From Alphaproteobacteria bacterium (lineage in GTDB: Bacteria > Pseudomonadota > Alphaproteobacteria > UBA828), in assembly GCA_965220745.1 (NCBI GenBank), contig CBDCQT010000012.1, positions 576,001 through 640,000 of the forward strand: a stretch of DNA of 64,000 nt, written 5' to 3'. Positions 30,298 through 38,105 of the stretch are shown one piece after another. The position numbers were made by a program, and so were the translations under genes. Position 1 is the stretch's first letter, and each line of letters starts with the position of its first letter. The notes under the pieces were generated by a model. The model was given only the letters and a program-made list of their open reading frames with translations, had not been told where the DNA came from and did not search any database.

Positions 30298-31620
30298 ATG
30301 ACGCTTAGTGTGGCGATCGTCGGCTCGGGGCCGGCGGGTTTCTATACGGCTGATTCGCTCTTGAAGGCCGACCCGGAGTGCCGGATCGATATCATCGACC
30401 GGTTGCCGACGCCCTACGGGCTGATCCGCTTCGGGGTCGCGCCCGACCACGAGAAGACCAAGAACGTGATGCGCGGCTTTGCGCGCACGGCTTCCGACGA
30501 TCGCGTCAACTTCTACGGCGATGTCGATATCGGCGAAGCGCTTTCTCTCGATGAGCTGCGCGAAATGTACGACGCCGTCGTGCTCGCGGTCGGCGCCGCC
30601 CATGACCGCAGGCTCGGCATCCCCGGCGAGGACAAGGCCGGCGTGGTCGGCTCGGCGAGCTTCGTCAACTGGTACAACGCCCACCCCGATTTCGTCGATC
30701 GCACGCCCGATCTCGACACCTCGAGCGTGGTCATCATCGGCGCCGGCAACGTCGCCATCGACGTGGCGCGGGTGCTGGTCAAGACCCCGGCGGAGATGGC
30801 GGCGACCGACCTGCCGGACTACGCCGCCGAGCCCATCCACGGCGCGCCGATCAGCGACGTCTACATGGTGGCGCGGCGCGGCCCGGTCGAGGCCAAGTTC
30901 ACCAATGTCGAGCTGCGCGAAATGGGCCACCTGGAGCAATGCGTGCCCCAGGTCTCGGCCGCCGATCTGCCCGCTGAGGTGACCGGCGAGATGTCTCCGC
31001 GCGACCGCCGCGTGCGCGAAAAGAACCTAGAGACGCTCCGCGCCTTCGCCGGGCGGGAGGCCGACGAGAAGCCGAAGCGCGTGCACTTCGTCTTTTTCGC
31101 GAGCCCGGTCGAAATCCTGGGTGGCGAGCACGTGGAAGCCGTGCGCTTCGAGCGCACGCGGGTCGAGAATGGCCGCGCCATCGGGACCGGCGAGCATTAC
31201 GAGATCGCCTGCGGCCTGGTGGTCGCCGCCGTGGGCTACCTCTCACTGCCCGTGGATGGCGCGCCCTTCGACCACAAGCAGGGCGTCGTGGTGAACGAGG
31301 AGGGCCGGGTCGGGCCCGGCCTCTATGCGGTCGGCTGGATCAAGCGCGGCCCGACCGGGGTGATCGGCACCAACAAGCCGGACGGCCGGGACGCAGCCCA
31401 GCAGATCATTGACGATCTCGGCGCGGGCGGTGGCAAGCCGGGGCGGGAGGGGTTGGAGGCGATGTTACGGGCGCGCGGGCGCCGTTGGGTCGATTTCGAG
31501 GACTGGCAGCGGATCGAGGCAGCGGAGATTGAGGCCGCCGCTGAGGGCGCCCCCCGTCGCAAGCTCTACCGCCACGAGGATTTTCTGGCCGTCCTGGACG
31601 AGCAGCGCGCCGCCGGCTGA
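30298..31620 (+). CDS. Ferredoxin--NADP+ reductase, adrenodoxin-reductase/FprA type
   Basis: VAIVGSGPAGFY, PYGLIRFGVAPDH, IIGAGNVAIDVAR, RRGP, GWIKRGPTGVIGTN. Confidence 0.92.
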   Translation: MTLSVAIVGSGPAGFYTADSLLKADPECRIDIIDRLPTPYGLIRFGVAPDHEKTKNVMRGFARTASDDRVNFYGDVDIGEALSLDELREMYDAVVLAVGAAHDRRLGIPGEDKAGVVGSASFVNWYNAHPDFVDRTPDLDTSSVVIIGAGNVAIDVARVLVKTPAEMAATDLPDYAAEPIHGAPISDVYMVARRGPVEAKFTNVELREMGHLEQCVPQVSAADLPAEVTGEMSPRDRRVREKNLETLRAFAGREADEKPKRVHFVFFASPVEILGGEHVEAVRFERTRVENGRAIGTGEHYEIACGLVVAAVGYLSLPVDGAPFDHKQGVVVNEEGRVGPGLYAVGWIKRGPTGVIGTNKPDGRDAAQQIIDDLGAGGGKPGREGLEAMLRARGRRWVDFEDWQRIEAAEIEAAAEGAPRRKLYRHEDFLAVLDEQRAAG

Positions 31621-31750
31621 GCGGCGCCCAAGGCGCCATTAAAGCGCCAAGAAAAGGTCGGACCACTAGACATCGGGGGCCGCTGGGAGTAAGTGAATCC
31701 TCCCGCCCCGGTCGGCTGACTCGGCGGGCCTCATGGAGAATGACAGGGCC

Positions 31751-33616
31751 ATGGCAGAAGCAGCATTGACGCTCGACGAGGTGCCGCGCGAGGAGCTGGA
31801 ATCGGCCGTGATTCGCTTCGCCGGGGATTCTGGTGACGGCATGCAGCTGACCGGCGGGCGCTTTACCGAGACCACGGCGCTCGCCGGCAACGATCTCACC
31901 ACCTTCCCCGATTTCCCGGCCGAGATCAGGGCGCCGATCGGCACCACCTACGGCGTCTCCGCCTTCCAGATCAACTTCGGCTCGCGCAACGTGATGACCT
32001 CGGGCGACTTGCCGGACGTGCTGGTCTGCATGAATCCCGCCGCGCTCAAGGTCAATCTCTCCGAGCTCAGGGAAGGCGGCCTGATCATCGTCGATACCGG
32101 CACCTTCACCGACAAGAACCTGCAGAAGGCGGGCTACGAGGCCAATCCCCTCGATGACGGCAGCCTCGACCGTTATCGGATCATGGCCATCGACATCTCC
32201 AAGCTGACGCTGGAGGCGGTCAAGGAATGCGACGTCTCCAAGAAGGAAGGGCTCCGCGCCAAGAACCTCTGGACCCTCGGCCTGATCTACTGGATGTACG
32301 ACCGCGACGTGGCGGCGACGGTGGAGTGGCTCGGCACCAAGTTCAAGAAGCTGCCCAACATCGCGGCCGCGAATATTGCTTGCCTCAAGGCGGGCCATGC
32401 CTTCGGCGAGACGGCCGAGCTGCCGGACGGCGCATTGGTCTACGAGATCAAGCCCGCGACCTTCCGGCCGGGACTCTACCGCACCGTTACCGGGACCGAA
32501 GCGCTGGCCTGGGGCCTCGTGGCGGGATCGCAGCTCGCCGGACTCAAGCTGGTGTTCAGCTCCTACCCGATCACGCCGGCGTCCTCCGTGTTGCACGTGC
32601 TCTCCCGGCTCAAGGCCTATGACGTGGTGACCTTCCAGGCCGAGGACGAGATCGCCGCGGCCGGCGCTGCGATCGGTGCGTCTTACGCCGGCGCCCTCGG
32701 CGTCACCTCGAGCTCAGGCCCCGGCGTCGCGCTCAAGACCGAAGCACTCGGTCTCGCGATCACCGCCGAGCTGCCGCTGATCCTGATCAATTCTCAGCGT
32801 GCCGGCCCGTCCACGGGCATGCCGACCAAGACCGAGCAGTCCGACCTCTACCTCGCCGTCTACGGACGCAACGCCGATGCGCCGCTGGTGGTACTCGCGG
32901 CGCGCTCGTCGGCCGAAGCGTTCGATGTCGCCATCGAGGCGGTGCGCCTCGCCACCCGCTACATGACCCCGGTGGTGGTGCTGTCCGATACCTTCATCGC
33001 GAACGCGGCGGAGCCGTGGCGGCTGCCCGACGTCGGTACGCTCGAGCCCTTCCCGGTGGCGTTCCACACCGATGCGGAGGGCTTCCAGCCCTACCGGCGG
33101 GACGCGGAGACGCTGGCGCGGCGCTGGGTGAAGCCCGGCACGCCGGGTCTCGAGCACCGCATTGGCGGGCTCGAGAAGGACTACACGACGGGCAACGTCT
33201 CCTACGACCCCGAGAACCATCAGCGCATGACCGACGTGCGGCACGAGAAGATCGCCCGCATCGCGGACGACATTCCCGAGCAGGAGGTCGATCAGGGACC
33301 CGCGCAAGGCCCGCTTGCGGTGGTCGGCTGGGGCTCGACCTACGGGCCGATCAGCCGGGCCGTCGAGCGCAGCCGGGAGGCGGGCATCAGCGTCTCCCAC
33401 ATTCACCTGCGCTACCTCAACCCGTTGCCGCGCAACCTGGGCGATCTGCTCGGAGATTTCGACAAGGTGCTGGTGCCCGAGATGAACATGGGCCAGCTCA
33501 CCACTGTGCTGCGCAGCCGCTACCTGGTGCCGGCCGAGAGCGTGCCCAAGGTCACTGGCAAGCCCTTCAAGATCGCCGAGATCATGGACGCGATCAGCGC
33601 CCATTCGGAGGCATGA
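31751..33616 (+). CDS. korA: 2-oxoacid:ferredoxin oxidoreductase alpha subunit (alternative start 31733)
   Basis: RFAGDSGDGMQ, YPITPAS, QAEDEIAA, SSGPG, QRAGPSTGMPTKTEQ, PEMNMGQL. Confidence 0.92.
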   Translation: MAEAALTLDEVPREELESAVIRFAGDSGDGMQLTGGRFTETTALAGNDLTTFPDFPAEIRAPIGTTYGVSAFQINFGSRNVMTSGDLPDVLVCMNPAALKVNLSELREGGLIIVDTGTFTDKNLQKAGYEANPLDDGSLDRYRIMAIDISKLTLEAVKECDVSKKEGLRAKNLWTLGLIYWMYDRDVAATVEWLGTKFKKLPNIAAANIACLKAGHAFGETAELPDGALVYEIKPATFRPGLYRTVTGTEALAWGLVAGSQLAGLKLVFSSYPITPASSVLHVLSRLKAYDVVTFQAEDEIAAAGAAIGASYAGALGVTSSSGPGVALKTEALGLAITAELPLILINSQRAGPSTGMPTKTEQSDLYLAVYGRNADAPLVVLAARSSAEAFDVAIEAVRLATRYMTPVVVLSDTFIANAAEPWRLPDVGTLEPFPVAFHTDAEGFQPYRRDAETLARRWVKPGTPGLEHRIGGLEKDYTTGNVSYDPENHQRMTDVRHEKIARIADDIPEQEVDQGPAQGPLAVVGWGSTYGPISRAVERSREAGISVSHIHLRYLNPLPRNLGDLLGDFDKVLVPEMNMGQLTTVLRSRYLVPAESVPKVTGKPFKIAEIMDAISAHSEA

Positions 33617-33617
33617 G

Positions 33618-34649
33618 ATGAACGATACGGTCGCGATCCCCGCGCTGACGCCGCAGGACTTCACCTCCGACCAGGAGGTCCGCTGGTGCCCCGGCTGCGG
33701 CGACTACGCCATCATCAAGGCGGTGCGCAAGGCGCTCGCCGAAATCGGTACCGACACCAAGGACGTGGTGTTCGTCTCCGGCATCGGCTGCGCGGCGCGC
33801 TTTCCCTATTACATGGACACCTACGGGTTCCACACCATCCATGGCCGCGCACCAGCGATCGCGACCGGGGTGAAGCTCGCCAATCCCGAGCTCGATGTCT
33901 GGGTGGTCTCGGGCGACGGCGACGGCCTCTCGATCGGCGGCAACCACACGCTGCACGCCCTGCGCCGCAACGTCGACCTGAACATCCTGCTGTTCAACAA
34001 CGAGATCTACGGCCTAACCAAGGGCCAGTACTCGCCGACCTCGCGCGAGGGCACGCGCTCGCCGTCGACACCGCTCGGCTCGGTCGACCATCCCTTGTCC
34101 GCGACCCGCTTTGCGCTTGGCGCCGGGGCGCGCTTCGTCGCCCGCGCGGTCGATACCGACCAAAAGCGGCTCCCCGACATCCTCAAGGCGGCGCATGCGC
34201 ACAAGGGGACCTCGTTCCTCGAGATCTTCCAGAACTGCATCGTCTACAACGACGGCGCGTTCGACGCGTTTGCCGAGCGGAAGAACGCGCCCGAGACGCA
34301 GATCTTCCTGGAGCACGGCAAGCCGCTGATCTTCGGTAAGGAGCGGGACCGCGGGCTCCGGCTCGCGCCCGGCACTTTCTCGCTGGAGGTGGTGCCGCTC
34401 GGCGAAGGCGGCGTGGACGAGTCCGAGCTCCTGGTTCACGACCAGACCAACCGGCCGCTCGCCGGCATCCTGGCGGAGATGGAGCCGCCGGACTTCCCCA
34501 TGGCGCTCGGCGTGCTCTTCTGTAGCCCGGAAGAGAGCTACGAGGCGGCGGTCTATGCGCAGATCGAGGACGCCAAGGCAAAATCCAAGGCCGACGGAAT
34601 CGACGCTCTGCTGCGGACCGGCCATACCTGGACAGTCGAGGCGCGCTGA
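33618..34649 (+). CDS. korB: 2-oxoacid:ferredoxin oxidoreductase beta subunit
   Basis: WCPGCGD, SGIGC, HTIHGR, GDGD..SIGGNH, NNEIYGLTKGQYSPT. Confidence 0.93.
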   Translation: MNDTVAIPALTPQDFTSDQEVRWCPGCGDYAIIKAVRKALAEIGTDTKDVVFVSGIGCAARFPYYMDTYGFHTIHGRAPAIATGVKLANPELDVWVVSGDGDGLSIGGNHTLHALRRNVDLNILLFNNEIYGLTKGQYSPTSREGTRSPSTPLGSVDHPLSATRFALGAGARFVARAVDTDQKRLPDILKAAHAHKGTSFLEIFQNCIVYNDGAFDAFAERKNAPETQIFLEHGKPLIFGKERDRGLRLAPGTFSLEVVPLGEGGVDESELLVHDQTNRPLAGILAEMEPPDFPMALGVLFCSPEESYEAAVYAQIEDAKAKSKADGIDALLRTGHTWTVEAR

Positions 34650-34702
34650 TCGCCGATCCCGCCGCCCCGGCACCCCGTCACTGACTGGCCCATGAGGCTG
34701 CG

Positions 34703-35419
34703 ATGATCGAAGCCTTGATCTTCGACGTCTTCGGCACGGTGGTCGACTGGCGCACCGGCGTTGCCCGCGAGGTCGAAGCCTTCTTCGCGGAGTCGGATCG
34801 GACGGTCGATCCCGTCGCCTTTGCCGATTCGTGGCGGGCCAAGTACCAGCCATCGATGGAGGAAATCCGCTCCGGTCGGCGCGGCTACACGGTGCTCGAC
34901 GTGCTTCATCGCGAGAACCTGGACGCGACGCTCGCTGAGTTCGGGCTCGACGACGCCGTGGACGACGAGGGCCGCGCGCGCCTCAACCGGGCGTGGGAGA
35001 AGCTGCCGCCCTGGCCGGATGTGGCGCCGGGGCTGGAGGCTCTGCACGGCCGCTATCTGCTCGCGCCCTGCTCCAACGGCTCGATCGGGATGATGGCGCG
35101 GCTTGCGCGCTTCGCCGGGCTGCCTTGGGACGCCATCGTCGGCGCCGATATCGCGCACGACTACAAGCCGCAGGCTGCGGTCTACACCGCCTCTGCCGCT
35201 GCGCTCGGCCTCGCACCCGAGGCGGTGATGATGGTCGCCGCGCACAACTTCGACCTCGCGGCCGCGCGCGCAGCAGGACTCAAGACGGCCTTCGTGTCGC
35301 GTCCTGATGAATACGGCGATGGCCCGGTCGGCACCCCCGATCTCGCCCCCAGCGACGACTGGGACGCCGTGGTGCCCGACTTCGTGGCCCTCGCCCGGCA
35401 GATGGGGGCGGCGGAGTAA
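34703..35419 (+). CDS. Haloacid dehalogenase type II family hydrolase
   Basis: FDVFGTVVDW, CSNG, YKP, MVAAHNFDL. Confidence 0.9.
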   Translation: MIEALIFDVFGTVVDWRTGVAREVEAFFAESDRTVDPVAFADSWRAKYQPSMEEIRSGRRGYTVLDVLHRENLDATLAEFGLDDAVDDEGRARLNRAWEKLPPWPDVAPGLEALHGRYLLAPCSNGSIGMMARLARFAGLPWDAIVGADIAHDYKPQAAVYTASAAALGLAPEAVMMVAAHNFDLAAARAAGLKTAFVSRPDEYGDGPVGTPDLAPSDDWDAVVPDFVALARQMGAAE

Positions 35420-35440
35420 CTTCCGGGAATTATCCCGGTC

Positions 35441-35626
35441 CTATCGTTCAGCCTGTACTTTGGACTGATCGAGAGGATGGTGCTCGGCTTCCCATGCCTC
35501 CACGAGCGCCACCAGAGTGTCGAGACGATCGCCCTCCGGGGTGTTGGGCTTTGCCGCCATCAGGCTCTCGATCTCCTCCAAGGCGCGTTGGTGGTCCCGT
35601 TCGCTTTTGATCGGTTCGATACTCAT
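35441..35626 (-). CDS. Short HigA-like antitoxin N-terminal domain lacking the HTH (61 aa; possibly a remnant)
   Basis: MSIEPIKSERDHQRALEEIESLMAAKPNTPEGDRLDTLVALVEAWEAEHHP resembles the N-terminus of HigA-type regulators; stops where the HTH would start. Confidence 0.7.
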   Translation of the reverse strand: MSIEPIKSERDHQRALEEIESLMAAKPNTPEGDRLDTLVALVEAWEAEHHPLDQSKVQAER

Positions 35627-35636
35627 GACTCGATAC

Positions 35637-36437
35637 TCACTCTTGGGTCGGTATATGGCCGTGGCGGGCCAGGAATTCGAGCACGTAGGTGGGCAGGCCG
35701 AAGTCCACGAGGTCGGCGTGGTCGGCTTCGGGGATGAACATAGCTTCCTTGGGCGCGCGCGCGCGTTTGTGGAGCTTGCGCGCGAGGCGCACGGGGATGG
35801 TGCGGTCGCGCTCCCCGTGCACGATGAGGACAGGCGCTGCAATCTTGCCGATCTTGGCGGCCGAATCGAAGCGGTCCACGATCAGCGGGCCGACTGGAAG
35901 CAGCGGGAAGCGGCCCGAGGCGATATCCACGACCGAGCTGAAGGGAGCTTCGAGCACCAGGGCCGCGGGTGAGGCCTCGCGTGCGAGGTGGACCGCGACG
36001 CCGGTGCCCAGGGATTCGCCGTAGAGGACCTGGTGCTCGTCGCCTGCACCCTGCGCCCGGAGGAAGGCCCGCGCGGCTCGCCCGTCGGCGTAGAGCCCGT
36101 CTTCGGTCGGCGTGCCGGGGTTGCCGCTGTAGCCGCGCCAGGTGGTGAGCAGGACACCGAGCCCGGCGTTGAGATAGGCCCGCACCTTGAAGCCCCGCAT
36201 ACCGATGTGGCCGGCATTGCCGTGGAAATAGATCAGGCTCGGTGTGTCCGCGGCGCGGGGCGGGGCATACCAGGCGAGCAGCGAGAGCCCGTCCTCGGTC
36301 TCGAGCGTGACGGGCGCAAGCTCGGGAACGTCCGACTCGGCCGGCGTCGGCCGGGTCCGGTCGGGATAGTAGGTGAGCGAGCGCTGGAACGCCGCCACCG
36401 GACCGGGTGGTCCATGACGCCAGAGCCATCCGAGCAT
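35637..36437 (-). CDS. Alpha/beta hydrolase
   Basis: YFHGNAG, RGYSGNPG.PTEDGLY.D, GESLG nucleophile motif, HGERD, C-terminal His. Confidence 0.9.
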   Translation of the reverse strand: MLGWLWRHGPPGPVAAFQRSLTYYPDRTRPTPAESDVPELAPVTLETEDGLSLLAWYAPPRAADTPSLIYFHGNAGHIGMRGFKVRAYLNAGLGVLLTTWRGYSGNPGTPTEDGLYADGRAARAFLRAQGAGDEHQVLYGESLGTGVAVHLAREASPAALVLEAPFSSVVDIASGRFPLLPVGPLIVDRFDSAAKIGKIAAPVLIVHGERDRTIPVRLARKLHKRARAPKEAMFIPEADHADLVDFGLPTYVLEFLARHGHIPTQE

Positions 36438-36446
36438 GGTTCAACG

Positions 36447-36482
36447 AAAAGGGCACCGGGCGTTGGCGGCCCGGTGCCCTTT
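36447..36482 (-). terminator. Rho-independent terminator after the BI-1/YccA gene
   Basis: Minus strand AAAGGGCACCGGGC-7nt-GCCCGGTGCCCTTTT. Confidence 0.75.
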
Positions 36483-36502
36483 GTCCCTATCCGGCCGCGC
36501 CG

Positions 36503-37219
36503 CTATTCGCGTGCGGCACCAAAGAGATGCAGCAGCAGGATGAAGATGTTGATGAAGTTGAGATAGAGCGAGAGCGCGCCCATCACCGACTTCTTCACCA
36601 TGACCGCCTGGCCGTCGGTCTCGCGGTAGACGTCCTTGATCCGCTGGGTGTCGTAGGCAGTGAGCCCGAGGAAGACCAGCACGCCGATCACCGAGATCAC
36701 GAAGTGAAGCAGCTCCGACTGCAGGAAGATGTTCACCACCATCGCGATGATGACGCCGATCAGGCCCATGAACAGGAACGAGCCCCACGAGACCAGCGAG
36801 CGCTTGGTGGTGTAGCCGTAAAGGCTCATCGCGCCGAACATGCCCATGGTGATGAAGAACACGCGGACGATGCTGGTCGCCGTGTAGGCCATGAAGATGT
36901 AGGAGAGCGAGGCCCCCATCAGGATCGAGAAGGCCCAGAACAACCACTGCGCCGTGGTGTGCTTCATGTTCTGGATCTTGATTCCTAAGAAGAACACGAT
37001 GCCGAGCGGAGCCAGCATGACCACGAAGCCGAGGCCCGAGCCGTAGAGCACGTTGAAGAGCCCGGTATTGGCGATGATGTAGGCCGTGACGCCCGTGAGG
37101 GCGAGGCCCGAGGCCATGTAGTTGTAGACCCGGAGCATGTAGCTCCGGAGACCCTGGTCGACCTGTGCCTGGGTCAGAGTCGTGCCAGCGAACGGCTGAC
37201 CTTGCGTCCCGAGTGCCAT
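36503..37219 (-). CDS. Bax inhibitor-1 / YccA family membrane protein
   Basis: DQGLRSYMLRVYNYM, YGYTTKR, GLTAYDTQRIK, GALSLYLNFINIF. Confidence 0.93.
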   Translation of the reverse strand: MALGTQGQPFAGTTLTQAQVDQGLRSYMLRVYNYMASGLALTGVTAYIIANTGLFNVLYGSGLGFVVMLAPLGIVFFLGIKIQNMKHTTAQWLFWAFSILMGASLSYIFMAYTATSIVRVFFITMGMFGAMSLYGYTTKRSLVSWGSFLFMGLIGVIIAMVVNIFLQSELLHFVISVIGVLVFLGLTAYDTQRIKDVYRETDGQAVMVKKSVMGALSLYLNFINIFILLLHLFGAARE

Positions 37220-37262
37220 CGAAGCGTCCTCTAGTGCCGCAAACTGTCGGATTCGAAGACTC

Positions 37263-37292
37263 ATATTAGGTAGCCCGCGGCTCACTTTCAAC
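37263..37292 (-). promoter_or_regulatory. Putative RpoH-type promoter of the BI-1/YccA gene
   Basis: Minus strand GTTGAA-N16-CCTAATAT, close to the alphaproteobacterial RpoH consensus. Confidence 0.45.
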
Positions 37293-37340
37293 GCCTGGGC
37301 GAATTACAATTTCTCCAGCAGCGAGCCTGCAGGCGGCCGA

Positions 37341-38105
37341 TCAGGTCGCCGGCGGAGGGCTTCCCGCGGTCCCCAGCGGGGATACCGGCGTGTTGAGTTT
37401 GCGGTAGGCGACCGAGACCACCGCCACCGGGATGCTCACGGTGAGGAAGGTCAGCGCGTTGAAGAAGGACACCATCGCGCCCGGTCCGAACGTGGCGAGA
37501 ATCAAAGATCCGAGCACGCCGCCGAGCAGGAACAGGATGACGGTAATCGCCACGAAGGAGAGCAGAATCGCGCCTACGAGCTGAAGCGTGGCGCCGCGCA
37601 GCTTGCGCCGGGCGGCGAGGAGCCCCTGGTACTCGTCGACCGCCGTCGCCGGAAAGGCCAGCGCGAACGGTGCGGCGACGAAGAGCGTGATCAGCAGCAG
37701 CACCAGGACCAGCAGCAGGTCCTGCGCCTGCATCGCGACCAGGATGATCTCCTGCGGCAGCAGGAAGAGAATGAGCCGGCCGAAATACTTCACGTCCCGC
37801 ATGCCGGGCCAGAACTGGACCGGCACGCTCGTATCCCGCGTCCCCAGCAGCAGGTAGCGGTGCCAGGCGACCGCGAACACCGAGAGCAGGAAGAGCCGGG
37901 CGAGCGCGTGGATGACCAGCAGCTCTTCGGAGGCCATGGACTCGAGGTCGAGTCGCATCACCGCCGGCAGCAGCACCGCCAGCACCATCGGCGCCAGCGC
38001 GAGCCCGAGCATGGTACGGAAATTGCGGAAGGTGAGTCGGAAGGCCTCACCGACCGTTTCATACACCCTGAGCCTCGGCGGCGAGGGGGCTCCGTGGCCG
38101 TACAT
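37341..38105 (-). CDS. Hypothetical integral membrane protein
   Basis: Multiple hydrophobic helices, AVAWHR motif; ATG directly follows the upstream permease stop. Confidence 0.75.
   Translation of the reverse strand: MYGHGAPSPPRLRVYETVGEAFRLTFRNFRTMLGLALAPMVLAVLLPAVMRLDLESMASEELLVIHALARLFLLSVFAVAWHRYLLLGTRDTSVPVQFWPGMRDVKYFGRLILFLLPQEIILVAMQAQDLLLVLVLLLITLFVAAPFALAFPATAVDEYQGLLAARRKLRGATLQLVGAILLSFVAITVILFLLGGVLGSLILATFGPGAMVSFFNALTFLTVSIPVAVVSVAYRKLNTPVSPLGTAGSPPPAT

Noticed and set aside
30100-30939. 442-aa version of the MarR ORF
   Set aside because: The extension is largely antisense to the reductase gene; MarR similarity is confined to the last 160 aa or so
23281-34649. icd plus korAB (and fhs) as evidence for reverse TCA or Wood-Ljungdahl autotrophy
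   Set aside because: No citrate lyase, fumarate reductase or CODH/ACS in the window; these genes are common in heterotrophs and are not in one operon
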